Source: an uncultured SAR86 cluster bacterium (lineage in GTDB: Bacteria > Pseudomonadota > Gammaproteobacteria > Magnimaribacterales > D2472). Taken from it: a stretch of 64,000 bases of DNA. Below are positions 20,280-30,231 of this stretch, piece by piece. Made by a program: the position numbers and the translations under genes. The stretch covers positions 1,770-65,769 of the forward strand of contig CACEDS010000005.1 in the NCBI GenBank assembly GCA_902558395.1. Reading direction: 5' to 3'. Each line of letters starts with the position of its first letter. Position 1 is the stretch's first letter. The notes under the pieces are model-generated. The model searched no databases. It was not told where the DNA came from and saw only the letters and a list, made by a program, of their open reading frames with translations.

Positions 20280-21487
20280 TGCTATTTAAAGAATCAATAA
20301 TCTCTGCTTTATCTTCAATTAGATCTAATATTGTTAGATCTTTTTTAACCACCCTTGCTATTATTATTGGCACTGCAGCTGTTATTGCCGTAATTGGCTT
20401 GGGGTCTAGTGCCAATAAAGCTTTAGATGAACAAATTGATGATTTTGGTCCAAGAACGCTTGTTGTTAGTCCGGGTCAAAATAGGAGAGGCGCTGTTACA
20501 AAGGGCTTTATTCCTTTAGACATTAAAGATGCATATGCCTTAGAAAAAAATGAAGAGCATAACTGGATGATATCCCCATATATTTCTAGAAATAGGCAAG
20601 TAAAATTCAATAACGCTAATATAAATCAAAGGATAAGAGGCAACTTACCTATTCACTTTAAGGTAAGGGGATATGACGTTGAATATGGAAGAATTTTTAA
20701 TGATGATGAAAATTTTGGAAGAAAAAGAGTTGTAGTTTTGGGGGCTGCTGTTCCAAAAGAATTAAAGACAAGCCCTCAAAATATTTTAGATAAAGAAGTT
20801 CTTATCGCTGGAACAGGATATAAGGTAATAGGCATTCTTGAAGAAGAAGGTAATACAGGATGGCAAAGTCCAGATGAAGAACTCTACGTTCCTCTATTAA
20901 CTGGCGCTCAAAGATTATTTGGTACTAAGAATGTAGATTCTATAAACATTGGTGTTGAGAAAGATGCAAATGTTGATGAAATTATGATGTCCATAGAAAG
21001 AATCCTAAGAGCTCAACACGATATTGGACCAGGTGCTGATAATGATTTCAATATCAATGATTATAGTCAATTTAGTGATTTAAGAAGACAGGCAACTGGT
21101 ATATTCACAGCATTAATTGCTGGTATTGCTGGTATAAGTCTTGTTGTTGGTGGCATTGGCGTTATGAACATTATGCTTGTTTCAGTTACAGAAAGAACAA
21201 GAGAAATTGGTCTCAGAAAAGCCTTGGGCGCAACCCACAAAGCAATAATGTCTCAGTTTATTGTTGAAGCAATACTTTTATGTGTAATTGGAGGCTGTAT
21301 AGGAGTATTTTTAGGAACTAGTGTTCTTTATTTGCTTGCTTCGTTTCAAGATTGGCCTTTTGCAATGCCTTTTAGTGCAATAGTTGGTTCAATTACTTTC
21401 TCTGCTATGGTTGGTTTATTTTTTGGAATTTGGCCTGCAAGAAAAGCAGCAAAGTTAGATCCAGCAATTTCCTTAAGATATGAATAA
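20279..21487 (+). CDS. MacB/FtsX-type ABC permease
   Basis: RSFLTTLAIIIG, GGIGVMNIMLVSVTERTREIGLRKALGA, PARKAAKLDP. Confidence 0.93.
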   Translation: MLFKESIISALSSIRSNIVRSFLTTLAIIIGTAAVIAVIGLGSSANKALDEQIDDFGPRTLVVSPGQNRRGAVTKGFIPLDIKDAYALEKNEEHNWMISPYISRNRQVKFNNANINQRIRGNLPIHFKVRGYDVEYGRIFNDDENFGRKRVVVLGAAVPKELKTSPQNILDKEVLIAGTGYKVIGILEEEGNTGWQSPDEELYVPLLTGAQRLFGTKNVDSINIGVEKDANVDEIMMSIERILRAQHDIGPGADNDFNINDYSQFSDLRRQATGIFTALIAGIAGISLVVGGIGVMNIMLVSVTERTREIGLRKALGATHKAIMSQFIVEAILLCVIGGCIGVFLGTSVLYLLASFQDWPFAMPFSAIVGSITFSAMVGLFFGIWPARKAAKLDPAISLRYE

Positions 21488-21502
21488 TTTTTTAATTAAA
21501 AT

Positions 21503-22018
21503 TTAACTATAAAACTCTTCTAACACATACTCAAAAATTGATTTTTGGTTTATAAAATCAATATCATCAACATACCTATCTAAAAATTCTTTGAGCATTG
21601 CTTGATTGTTTGGTTTTACAAGAAATTCATCAGGAAAAATTGAGTCCATGCAACCAACATTTGTGGATAACACTGGCGTGTTAAGTGCAAGAGCCTCTAA
21701 GGCGGTTTGAGTGCCACTATCATCAATTGAAGAGAGAATAAAAACTTTTGCTTTTGCTAATTCTTGAAGGATATTTTCACGCGGCATAAGATTTTTTAAA
21801 TTAATTTTATTATCTAAATTTAGGCTTTTAATAAGTTCTTTTAGAGTTTTGTATTCAGGACCATCACCAATAATTATTAGCTCTCTTTTAATATCCACCC
21901 AAGATCTTATTAAGAGATCAAATCCTTGAATTTTTTCAAATTTACCTACCGTCAGTGCATGATTCTCTTTTGTTGTTCTTGATATAATTTCATCCGGATC
22001 AAAATCAATTATTTTCAT
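21503..22018 (-). CDS. GT4 glycosyltransferase C-terminal (nucleotide-sugar-binding) domain only
   Basis: VGKFEKIQGFDLLI, IIGDGPE, LEALALNTPVLSTNVG; only 171 aa. Confidence 0.7.
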   Translation of the reverse strand: MKIIDFDPDEIISRTTKENHALTVGKFEKIQGFDLLIRSWVDIKRELIIIGDGPEYKTLKELIKSLNLDNKINLKNLMPRENILQELAKAKVFILSSIDDSGTQTALEALALNTPVLSTNVGCMDSIFPDEFLVKPNNQAMLKEFLDRYVDDIDFINQKSIFEYVLEEFYS

Positions 22019-22992
22019 TGTGATATTCTTTTTAACAATTCAAAGGACACTTTTTCAACTTCAGCAAAAATTTCACTGTGTTTATTTTTATTAACCATTT
22101 TCATTTTGTGTAATCCGTCAACCATTTTTGAATATTCCACATAACCAACTTGTTTATTTTCAAGAAGATTATGCATAAGGTTTATAATTTTATTTTTCTT
22201 AAAAAATTTCATATTAAATAAATATGTATCACCTTTTGTAGAAAGACATTCAAAAACCATATTTACACTATCTTGAGTCACGACCTTGATAGCTGAATTT
22301 TTAATTGCTTCATCAATATCATTTTTTGCTATTTCTAAATTAGAAAATTTATTTTTTAAGATCTTTATTTTTTGTATTAATTCTTTAGGAGTTCTTCTTG
22401 ATGTGTAGAGAGCCCAATGCATATTTGAATGAAGCGATAAGATGTATTCTATTTGATTTAATATTTTTTTCTGATCAAAAATATAATGCTTGTTTTCACC
22501 GCCTATACCAATGAAACCTAATTCTTTATCTGGCTGCCGATCGCTAACCTGGGCAAGAGACCCGTTATAAAAAATAACATTTCTTCTATTTGGTAATTTA
22601 TGATTATCATGATTGGGAGCACAAATAATATCAAACTCACGTTGAAAAAAGCCTGGGACTAGAACACTTATAGCCTTAATATTTTTAGAATAATCTCTTT
22701 TTAATGCTTTTTTAATTAAAACCATTCTAGTATAAACATTTGACCCAGCACCGATAACAATATCTATATCTTGTTTTTTATATTTTAGTAATGCTAAATG
22801 AGGCCAATTTTCTTTTCCTGCCATAAAATAATTTGTTGCATGATCAAATACATCTAGATATCTTTGAGAAGGGCTTATGAAGTAATCTTCTACAAAAATT
22901 TTGATTTCTATATTTTTTGAAATTTCATCAAGCAGAACTTTAACTTGCTTTTCATGACCTTTTTTACCATCTTTAATCCATAATATATTCAT
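22015..22992 (-). CDS. ELM1/GtrOC1-like putative glycosyltransferase
   Basis: WIKDGKKGHEKQ, FDIICAPNHD, IGG, TSRRTP, VTQDSVNMVFE. Confidence 0.8.
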   Translation of the reverse strand: MNILWIKDGKKGHEKQVKVLLDEISKNIEIKIFVEDYFISPSQRYLDVFDHATNYFMAGKENWPHLALLKYKKQDIDIVIGAGSNVYTRMVLIKKALKRDYSKNIKAISVLVPGFFQREFDIICAPNHDNHKLPNRRNVIFYNGSLAQVSDRQPDKELGFIGIGGENKHYIFDQKKILNQIEYILSLHSNMHWALYTSRRTPKELIQKIKILKNKFSNLEIAKNDIDEAIKNSAIKVVTQDSVNMVFECLSTKGDTYLFNMKFFKKNKIINLMHNLLENKQVGYVEYSKMVDGLHKMKMVNKNKHSEIFAEVEKVSFELLKRISQ

Positions 22993-23046
22993 AGAATAAG
23001 TATAAATCTATTTTTAGCCGATATCTCTTGATAATATTTTTTTAAG

Positions 23047-23229
23047 ATGAAAGAAAACCTTCGACAAATAGCCATTTCATTAATTACACAGTATGGAGAT
23101 GAAGCCCAAACTATTGCAATGTTACGTGCTGCTGAATATGCTGCAATACTAAATTCTGTTGAATGGGCAAAGTGGGAAGAAATTTCATTGCTAATTGAAA
23201 CAATCAATCAACAACCGCACGATGGGTGA
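23047..23229 (+). CDS. Small hypothetical protein (60 aa)
   Basis: Plausible helical sequence (LITQYGDEA..IAMLRA...W..I); fills the gap between divergent genes. Confidence 0.65.
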   Translation: MKENLRQIAISLITQYGDEAQTIAMLRAAEYAAILNSVEWAKWEEISLLIETINQQPHDG

Positions 23230-23277
23230 TTTAAATAGTTAATATCTAATTTTTTTAAAATAAGTTAATCTTAAAAT

Positions 23278-23745
23278 ATGAAAAATATTTTTAATAAAAA
23301 AACTCTATTAGATAATTTTTTATCTGCATTTGGTGCATTTTTATGTATTAGCTTGCTTTCATATCTTCATTTTTCTGATTATGGAGAAATATGGTTAATA
23401 CCTCCTTTTGGGGCTAGCATGGTTTTAGTAATGGCAGTTCATGATAGTCCGCTTGCAGAACCAAAGAATATTTTCTTAGGCCATACACTATCAGCCTTAA
23501 GCGGAGTGGTAATATTTACATTAATGGGATCTTCATTTATTTCTCTTGGAATTGCTGTGGGTCTAGCAGTTTTTGTTATGGCAACTTTCGATTCAATTCA
23601 TCCTCCAGCTGGAGCAAATCCAATTATTGCAATACTCGGCGGTAAGGGATTGTCCTTTGTGTTAATGCCAGTTGCTTTGGGGGCTGTTGTTATAATCTTA
23701 TTTGCACTCTTTTATAACAAATTGTTAGGTCGCGATTACCCTTAA
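23278..23745 (+). CDS. HPP family membrane protein
   Basis: PPFGASMVL, SPLAEP.N..GH, IHPPAGA. Confidence 0.92.
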   Translation: MKNIFNKKTLLDNFLSAFGAFLCISLLSYLHFSDYGEIWLIPPFGASMVLVMAVHDSPLAEPKNIFLGHTLSALSGVVIFTLMGSSFISLGIAVGLAVFVMATFDSIHPPAGANPIIAILGGKGLSFVLMPVALGAVVIILFALFYNKLLGRDYP

Positions 23746-23797
23746 TTTTTCTTTTAAAATAAGTTTCCATAATATATTCATTTATAATGAATTTATT

Positions 23798-24109
23798 ATG
23801 AATAAGGGATCTACTGAAAATAGAATAATTAATACCCTTAATAAATGCATGAATCTAACTTCATTAAAGATACTCAATGAAAGTTTTATGCACAATGTTC
23901 CAGTGAATGCTGAAAGTCATTTTAAAATTATCATAGTTAGTAACGATTTTAATGATTTATCTCACATACAAAGACATAAACTTGTCTATAAACACTTAGG
24001 TACTATTATGGATGATATACATGCTCTTTCTATACATTCTTTCAACGAAGAAGAATTTAGATTGAATCCACCTATCATGGACTCACCTGAATGCGCTCAT
24101 AAAAAATGA
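23798..24109 (+). CDS. bolA: BolA family protein
   Basis: NESFMHNVP..AESHFK, QRHKLVY, IHALSIH. Confidence 0.9.
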   Translation: MNKGSTENRIINTLNKCMNLTSLKILNESFMHNVPVNAESHFKIIIVSNDFNDLSHIQRHKLVYKHLGTIMDDIHALSIHSFNEEEFRLNPPIMDSPECAHKK

Positions 24110-24110
24110 T

Positions 24111-26582
24111 ATGAAAAATTTAATATCTAAATATTCAATTTTCGTTATTAAAAATCCTTTAATAATATTATCTGCTGTTGTGTTGGTAATTTTGATTGCA
24201 TCTCAAGGCATTTCAAATTTTAAGTTAGATGCATCTTCGGATGCGCTGGTTTTAGAGGGCGATGAATCATTAAAAACATACAGAGAAAACGAGAAGGAGT
24301 TTGGAGATTCCAGTTTTTTAATAGTTACTTTTAAGCCTGAATCCGAACTTTTTTCATACCAATCATTAAATCAGCTTTCTCAAATTGAAGAATCGTTATC
24401 AAAGTTAGATGGCGTTGATTCGGTTTTGTCTTTACTAGATGCCCCAATCTTTTTTCAACCAAAAGTAGGGCTTACTGAGGTTGCTGATAATTTAAAAGAC
24501 TTAACAACTGAAGGTATTGATCTAAGTAAGGCGAAACAAGAAATTATTAATAATCCTATTTATCGGGATTTAATTATTAGCAAAGATGGCTCAACTACTG
24601 CAATGCAAATTGTTTTAAGAGGTAATGATGAGTATGACTTATTGATATCAAATCGTTATCGAATTTTAGAAACACTTAAATCTAAAGAACCAATAACTAA
24701 TGAAAGTAAAACAATACTACAAAATGATCTAGATAGTATTAACAAAAGAATTAGTCAGCTTAATAATAACGAATCTAATTTTAATTCTTTTTTAGTTTCT
24801 GAAATAAGAAGCATTCTTGATGGACATAGAAACAATGCGACTTTGTATCTTGGCGGCCCAGCAATGATTACTTCAGATATGATGGAATATATTAGGTCTG
24901 ATCTTGTAGTTTTTGGTATTGCAGTTGCTTCAGTTTTTGCAGTTATGTTATTTCTTTTCTTTGGAAATATTTGGTTTGTAATACTCCCAATATCTAATGC
25001 TTTTTTAACAACCTTTGTCACTGCCGGCTTTCTTGGTTATATGGATTGGAAAATAAGCGTTGTTTCTTCAAATTTTATTGCCTTATTATTAATTTTGACA
25101 ATTTCTTTGACAGTCCATGTCTTAGTAAAAATTAATGAATTACAAAAAGGCTCTTCAGATAATAATGAATCATTAATAGATGCTGTAGATCAAATGTTTT
25201 TGCCTTGCTTTTTTGCAGCTATTACAACCGCTGTAGCATTTTTATCATTACTTTTAGGAGACCTAAAGCCAGTTATTGAATTTGGAAAAATGATGGCATT
25301 TGGAATATCTATAGCTTTTATTTTTACTTTTTCATTCTTGCCTAGTTCATTAAGCTTAATTAAAAATAACAAAAGCAAAGATTACTTATCGCTTCATAAA
25401 ATTACTAATAAAATCTTAGCTACCTCTAAGAAATACTCTACCTATATTTATTTAACTTTTAGTGTTGTTTTTTGTGTACTGATATTTGGAACAACAAAGC
25501 TGGTAGTTGAGAATAGATTTGTTGATTACTTTGACGAGGAAACTGAAATATATCAAGGAATGTTAGAGATTGATCAAAACTTAGGTGGCACAGCAACATT
25601 AGATATCATAATAAAAGAGCCATCATTTATAGCTTTAGATGATTTAATTGAAGATGAGTTTTTTGATGATAGTCTTTTTGATGATGAAAGTAGCAGCGCA
25701 TCTGGTTATTGGTGGAATGTTTATTCATTAGCTGAGCTTGAAGAAATTCATGATTATTTAGATTCTCTTCCTGAAATTGGTAAAGTCCTTAGCGTAGCTA
25801 GCGGTATTAAACTTGCAAGACTAATTAATGATGGAGAAGATTTAAATGATCTAGAATTAGCTCTTTTAAGATCTGTATTACCCGAAGACATTAGAGAGAC
25901 ACTTCTTTACTCATATATAAATAAAGATGATTCAATTGTAAGAATCTCGACAAGAGTCAATGAATCAGCTGAAAATCTTAATAGAAATCAGTTACTTGAA
26001 AAAATTAATAATGATTTGATAACAAAGTTTAATTTATCAGAAGATAGGTTTGAGATTACTGGATTAGCAGTTCTTTATAACAATATGCTGCAATCTTTGT
26101 TTCAATCACAAATAGGTTCTTTGCTTTTAGTATTTAGTGTCATTGCTTTAATGCTCTTGTTAATCTTTAAGTCATTTAAAATAATGATTATTGGATTAAT
26201 ACCAAATATTTTTGTTGCTTCTTCTGTTGTGGGCACCCTAGGATTGTTAAAAATTCCATTAGACATTATGACTATAACTGTTGCAGCAATAAGTGTTGGA
26301 ATGGCTGTAGATAATACTATTCACTATATTTACAGATATAAAAAAGAAATTAAAATTACTAATTCAATTGAGATGGCTTTACAAAATGCTCATACAACTA
26401 CAGGAAGAGCTATTTTTTATACCGCAGCTACAATTGCAACTGGCTTTTCGATATTGTCATTGTCTAACTTTTTTCCAACTCAACTTTTTGGAATATTTAC
26501 TGCGCTGGCTATGTTAATAGCCTTTATTTCCTCATTGTCTCTTCTTCCAAATTTGTTGGTTAAATTTAAAGTTTTCCAATAA
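24111..26582 (+). CDS. MMPL/RND-superfamily transporter
   Basis: LDASSDALVLEGD, two TM blocks, GMAVDNTIHY, TTAVAFLSL. Confidence 0.88.
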   Translation: MKNLISKYSIFVIKNPLIILSAVVLVILIASQGISNFKLDASSDALVLEGDESLKTYRENEKEFGDSSFLIVTFKPESELFSYQSLNQLSQIEESLSKLDGVDSVLSLLDAPIFFQPKVGLTEVADNLKDLTTEGIDLSKAKQEIINNPIYRDLIISKDGSTTAMQIVLRGNDEYDLLISNRYRILETLKSKEPITNESKTILQNDLDSINKRISQLNNNESNFNSFLVSEIRSILDGHRNNATLYLGGPAMITSDMMEYIRSDLVVFGIAVASVFAVMLFLFFGNIWFVILPISNAFLTTFVTAGFLGYMDWKISVVSSNFIALLLILTISLTVHVLVKINELQKGSSDNNESLIDAVDQMFLPCFFAAITTAVAFLSLLLGDLKPVIEFGKMMAFGISIAFIFTFSFLPSSLSLIKNNKSKDYLSLHKITNKILATSKKYSTYIYLTFSVVFCVLIFGTTKLVVENRFVDYFDEETEIYQGMLEIDQNLGGTATLDIIIKEPSFIALDDLIEDEFFDDSLFDDESSSASGYWWNVYSLAELEEIHDYLDSLPEIGKVLSVASGIKLARLINDGEDLNDLELALLRSVLPEDIRETLLYSYINKDDSIVRISTRVNESAENLNRNQLLEKINNDLITKFNLSEDRFEITGLAVLYNNMLQSLFQSQIGSLLLVFSVIALMLLLIFKSFKIMIIGLIPNIFVASSVVGTLGLLKIPLDIMTITVAAISVGMAVDNTIHYIYRYKKEIKITNSIEMALQNAHTTTGRAIFYTAATIATGFSILSLSNFFPTQLFGIFTALAMLIAFISSLSLLPNLLVKFKVFQ

Positions 26583-26591
26583 TATATTCTA

Positions 26592-27695
26592 ATGGGTCCA
26601 TTAAAGGGTGTAACAGTTTTAGAGTTTTCAGGTATTGGTCCTGGCCCATACTGTGGAATGCTCCTTGCAGATATGGGTGCTGATGTAATCAGACTCAGCA
26701 GAATCGGTGATAAAGATTCTCATAATAAATTTGACATCCATAACAGATCAAAAAGATCCATCGTTGCAGATTTAAAAAATCCTGAATCAGTTAGAGAAAT
26801 ACTCAAATTAATTTCTTCAGTCGATGTTTTGTTTGAAGGCTTTAGACCAGGGGTTATGGAAAAATTAGGACTAGGTCCCGAAGAGTGCTTGAAGATCAAT
26901 AAAGCTTTGGTTTATGGAAGAATGACGGGGTGGGGTCAGGATGGGCCTATGTCTAAAAAAGCTGGACATGATATTAACTATATCAGTTTATCTGGAGCAC
27001 TAAATGCAATAGGAAAAAAAGATTCAAATCCAGCCATACCACTTAACTTGGTGGGTGATTATGGTGGTGGGGGCATGATGCTTGCTATGGGAATACTTGC
27101 CGCTGTTATAAATTCGATAAAAACTGGAAAAGGTCAGGTGGTTGATTCTGCAATGGTTGATGGAAGCCTATCTTTAATGAGTTTTTTTTATTCATTAAAA
27201 GAAATGGGTTACTGGAAAGATGAAAGAGAATCTAATTTTCTTGATGGAGCATCACATTTTTACAATACTTATGAATGTTCTGATAATAAGTATCTTGCTG
27301 TTGGATCTATAGAGCCACAATTTTATTCAATTTTATTAGAGAAGCTTGAATTAGATGATCCTAAGTTTCAAGACCAAATGAATAAAGAAATATGGGGAGA
27401 ATTGAAAGATTTAATCGCACAAAAAATTAAATCTAAGACAAGAAATCATTGGGTAAATATTTTTTCTGATACTGATGGATGTGTGACTCCAATATTAAAT
27501 ATGGATGAAGCTAAAGAAGATGATCATAATATTGCAAGGAATGCATTTATTGATATAGATGGATTTAATCAACCGGCACCGGCTCCAAGGTTTTCTGTTG
27601 ATAAATTATCAATAAAACATAATTCCAAAAAAGTTGGTTCTGACGTTGATGATATCTGTAAAGAATATAATTTAGACAGAAAAGCTTTTATTTAA
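26592..27695 (+). CDS. CaiB/BaiF family CoA-transferase (alpha-methylacyl-CoA racemase-like)
   Basis: GIGPGPYCGMLLADMGA, EGFRPGVMEKLGLGP, AGHDINY, NLVGDYGGG. Confidence 0.93.
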   Translation: MGPLKGVTVLEFSGIGPGPYCGMLLADMGADVIRLSRIGDKDSHNKFDIHNRSKRSIVADLKNPESVREILKLISSVDVLFEGFRPGVMEKLGLGPEECLKINKALVYGRMTGWGQDGPMSKKAGHDINYISLSGALNAIGKKDSNPAIPLNLVGDYGGGGMMLAMGILAAVINSIKTGKGQVVDSAMVDGSLSLMSFFYSLKEMGYWKDERESNFLDGASHFYNTYECSDNKYLAVGSIEPQFYSILLEKLELDDPKFQDQMNKEIWGELKDLIAQKIKSKTRNHWVNIFSDTDGCVTPILNMDEAKEDDHNIARNAFIDIDGFNQPAPAPRFSVDKLSIKHNSKKVGSDVDDICKEYNLDRKAFI

Positions 27696-28473
27696 AAAAA
27701 TTCATACTGTTCTGAAATGTTGCATTAGCCAGTTCATTTATATCAATTCTAACCAGGCTAGCTATCTCGCTTGCAATATGAGGAAGATAAGAGGGCTCAT
27801 TCCTATTATTTTTTGGTTTATCGTTAAGATTCCTAGGAATTAAATACGGACAGTCAGTTTCAATCATAAGCTTTTCAATAGGAATATTGATCAAGGATTT
27901 TCTTAAATCTACATTTCTTCTCTCATCACATATCCAGCCAGTGAGACCAATATGAAATCCCATCTCTAGATAGTCATCTAATTCTTTTTGCGTTCCAGTA
28001 AAACAATGGACAACAGCCTTTGAAATATCTTTTTTATATTTTGAAATAATTTTCATAAAATCTTCATGAGCATCTCTTTGGTGCAGAAATAATGGTAGAT
28101 TAGTTTCTATAGCAATTTTAATTTGCTCATCAAATGCATATAGTTGTTCTTCATATGATGATATATTTCTGAAAAAGTCTAACCCAGTTTCTCCAATGCT
28201 ATGAGGTTTATATTCTTCAATAAGTTTCATCATCTCTTCAGAGGATAACGAATCAAATTCATTTGCATGATGGGGATGAACCCCAATAGTAAAAAAACAT
28301 GAATCTTTGTTATCTTGATAAATTCTATAAACTTTTTCAGCATCATTAAGAGAAGCTGATACTACTAAAAATTTTGTTACATTATTTTTTTTAGCTCTTT
28401 GAATAACTTCGTTTAAATCTTTATCAAAACGATCGCTTGAAAAGTTACAAGCTATATCAAATAGGTTATTCAT
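27688..28473 (-). CDS. tatD: TatD family nuclease
   Basis: GVHPH, IGETGLDF, LHQRDAH, VHCFTG, ETDCPYL. Confidence 0.92.
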   Translation of the reverse strand: MNNLFDIACNFSSDRFDKDLNEVIQRAKKNNVTKFLVVSASLNDAEKVYRIYQDNKDSCFFTIGVHPHHANEFDSLSSEEMMKLIEEYKPHSIGETGLDFFRNISSYEEQLYAFDEQIKIAIETNLPLFLHQRDAHEDFMKIISKYKKDISKAVVHCFTGTQKELDDYLEMGFHIGLTGWICDERRNVDLRKSLINIPIEKLMIETDCPYLIPRNLNDKPKNNRNEPSYLPHIASEIASLVRIDINELANATFQNSMNFFK

Positions 28474-28525
28474 ATGGTGTACATAATTTTTATTAAAAGG
28501 AATTATGAACTAAAATTGATGAATC

Positions 28526-29368
28526 ATGAATCAATTTGATCAATTTCAAAATGCTTTGTTATTAGAAACTATTTCTGATAATACTTATAGCATTAACCCT
28601 GATTCTAGATATTTTGTTGGCAAAACTCCTCATGGTGGTTATTTAAATGCACTTATGCATAAGGCATTAACATCATCGGTGCCTCATTCAGTAGCAATTA
28701 GCTCATCGATACAATATTTAGATAGGATTGAAGCAAAGCACTTTTTGTTAGAGGTTGAGATATTTAAAGTATCTAGGGGAACATCATCAGGCATTGTTAA
28801 GCTTTTACAAGATGGGAAGATATGTACCGTATTCAATGCTATATGCTCAGACTTTGAACATATGAAGGGATATGACGCGTTAGAGACAAACCCACCTAAA
28901 ATTATTAAAGAATTTTCAAGAGATGAATATAAAGATTTAAATTATGACAAAATATCACCAAGTTTTACTCCTTCATTTATTCATCAACTAAGCTGTACTA
29001 TTCACCCACATCATGCTTGGTGGGATAGAGATATAGATGCAGATGATGCAGAAGCTAGGTGTTCATCATACATGCAAATGGATGGGGGTATACCTGATCA
29101 GTATGTTTTATCATTCTATGTAGATGTGGCACCACCTGTTGTATCAAATAAATACGGACCTTTGGGTTGGATACCGACATATAGCTTGACTACCCATATA
29201 AGACAAATGCCCACTACCGAAATCTTATTTGCTGATTTTATTGCAAAAGATATTAACAAAGGTTTTTTTGAACAAGACTGTAATATTTGGGATTTAAATG
29301 AGAATTTAGTTGCTTCAAGTCGACAACTCACTAGAATACTAAAGTCAGAAGAAAAACTATCTAATTAA
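28526..29368 (+). CDS. Double hot-dog thioesterase family protein
   Basis: TPHGGYL, DVAPP, WIPTYSLTTHIR, LVASSRQL. Confidence 0.85.
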   Translation: MNQFDQFQNALLLETISDNTYSINPDSRYFVGKTPHGGYLNALMHKALTSSVPHSVAISSSIQYLDRIEAKHFLLEVEIFKVSRGTSSGIVKLLQDGKICTVFNAICSDFEHMKGYDALETNPPKIIKEFSRDEYKDLNYDKISPSFTPSFIHQLSCTIHPHHAWWDRDIDADDAEARCSSYMQMDGGIPDQYVLSFYVDVAPPVVSNKYGPLGWIPTYSLTTHIRQMPTTEILFADFIAKDINKGFFEQDCNIWDLNENLVASSRQLTRILKSEEKLSN

Positions 29369-29379
29369 AAGGAAGAATT

Positions 29380-30231
29380 ATGCAATTCAAAGGAACCAAA
29401 AATTATATTGCTACTGAAGATTTAAGTATGGCCGTTAATGCATCAATGGCACTTGAGAGACCTTTATTAATAAAAGGTGAACCTGGGACAGGTAAAACTT
29501 TGCTTGCAGTAGAAGTTGCAAAAGCTTTGGATATGGAGCTTATTGAGTGGCATATTAAATCAACTACAAAGGCTTCACAGGGTTTATATGAATATGATGC
29601 TGTAACAAGACTAAGAGATTCTCAACTTGGAGATGAGCGAGTAAAAGACATTAAAAATTATATTAAAAAAGGGAAGCTATGGGAGGCTTTTACATCGGAA
29701 AAGCAAGTTGTTTTATTAATTGATGAGATAGATAAGGCAGATATTGAGTTTCCAAACGATTTGCTTCAAGAAATAGATAGAATGGAATTCTTTTGCTATG
29801 AAACAGGTGAAACAATTAAGGCAAAGCATAGACCTTTGATTGTGATGACTTCAAATAATGAAAAGGAATTACCTGATGCTTTTTTAAGACGATGTTTCTT
29901 TCATTATATTCAGTTCCCTGACAGAGATACTATGAATAAAATTGTTTCAGTACATTACCCAAAAATTAAAAAGAAGCTTGTAAATGAAGCACTCGAAATA
30001 TTTTTTGATTTAAGAAAAATACCAGGTTTAAAGAAGAAACCATCCACCTCTGAATTAATTGATTGGCTGAAGCTTCTTTTATCAGACGATATGCCTGATG
30101 AAATATTAAAAAATGCAGACTCATCAAAAGCTATACCACCTTTATATGGAGCATTACTCAAAAACGAACAAGATGTTCAGCTATTAGAGCGTCTTGCATT
30201 TATGTCGCGAAGAGAAGCTGCTAATAAATAA
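29380..30231 (+). CDS. MoxR family AAA+ ATPase
   Basis: GEPGTGKT, IDEIDKADIEFPNDLL, TSNNEKELPDAFLRRC. Confidence 0.93.
   Translation: MQFKGTKNYIATEDLSMAVNASMALERPLLIKGEPGTGKTLLAVEVAKALDMELIEWHIKSTTKASQGLYEYDAVTRLRDSQLGDERVKDIKNYIKKGKLWEAFTSEKQVVLLIDEIDKADIEFPNDLLQEIDRMEFFCYETGETIKAKHRPLIVMTSNNEKELPDAFLRRCFFHYIQFPDRDTMNKIVSVHYPKIKKKLVNEALEIFFDLRKIPGLKKKPSTSELIDWLKLLLSDDMPDEILKNADSSKAIPPLYGALLKNEQDVQLLERLAFMSRREAANK

Noticed and set aside
25636-25700. Asp/Glu-rich tract in the MMPL transporter, and similar acidic tracts in the TBDR N-terminus and MlaA tail
   Set aside because: Low-complexity linkers with no DNA-level repeat; no further evidence of function.
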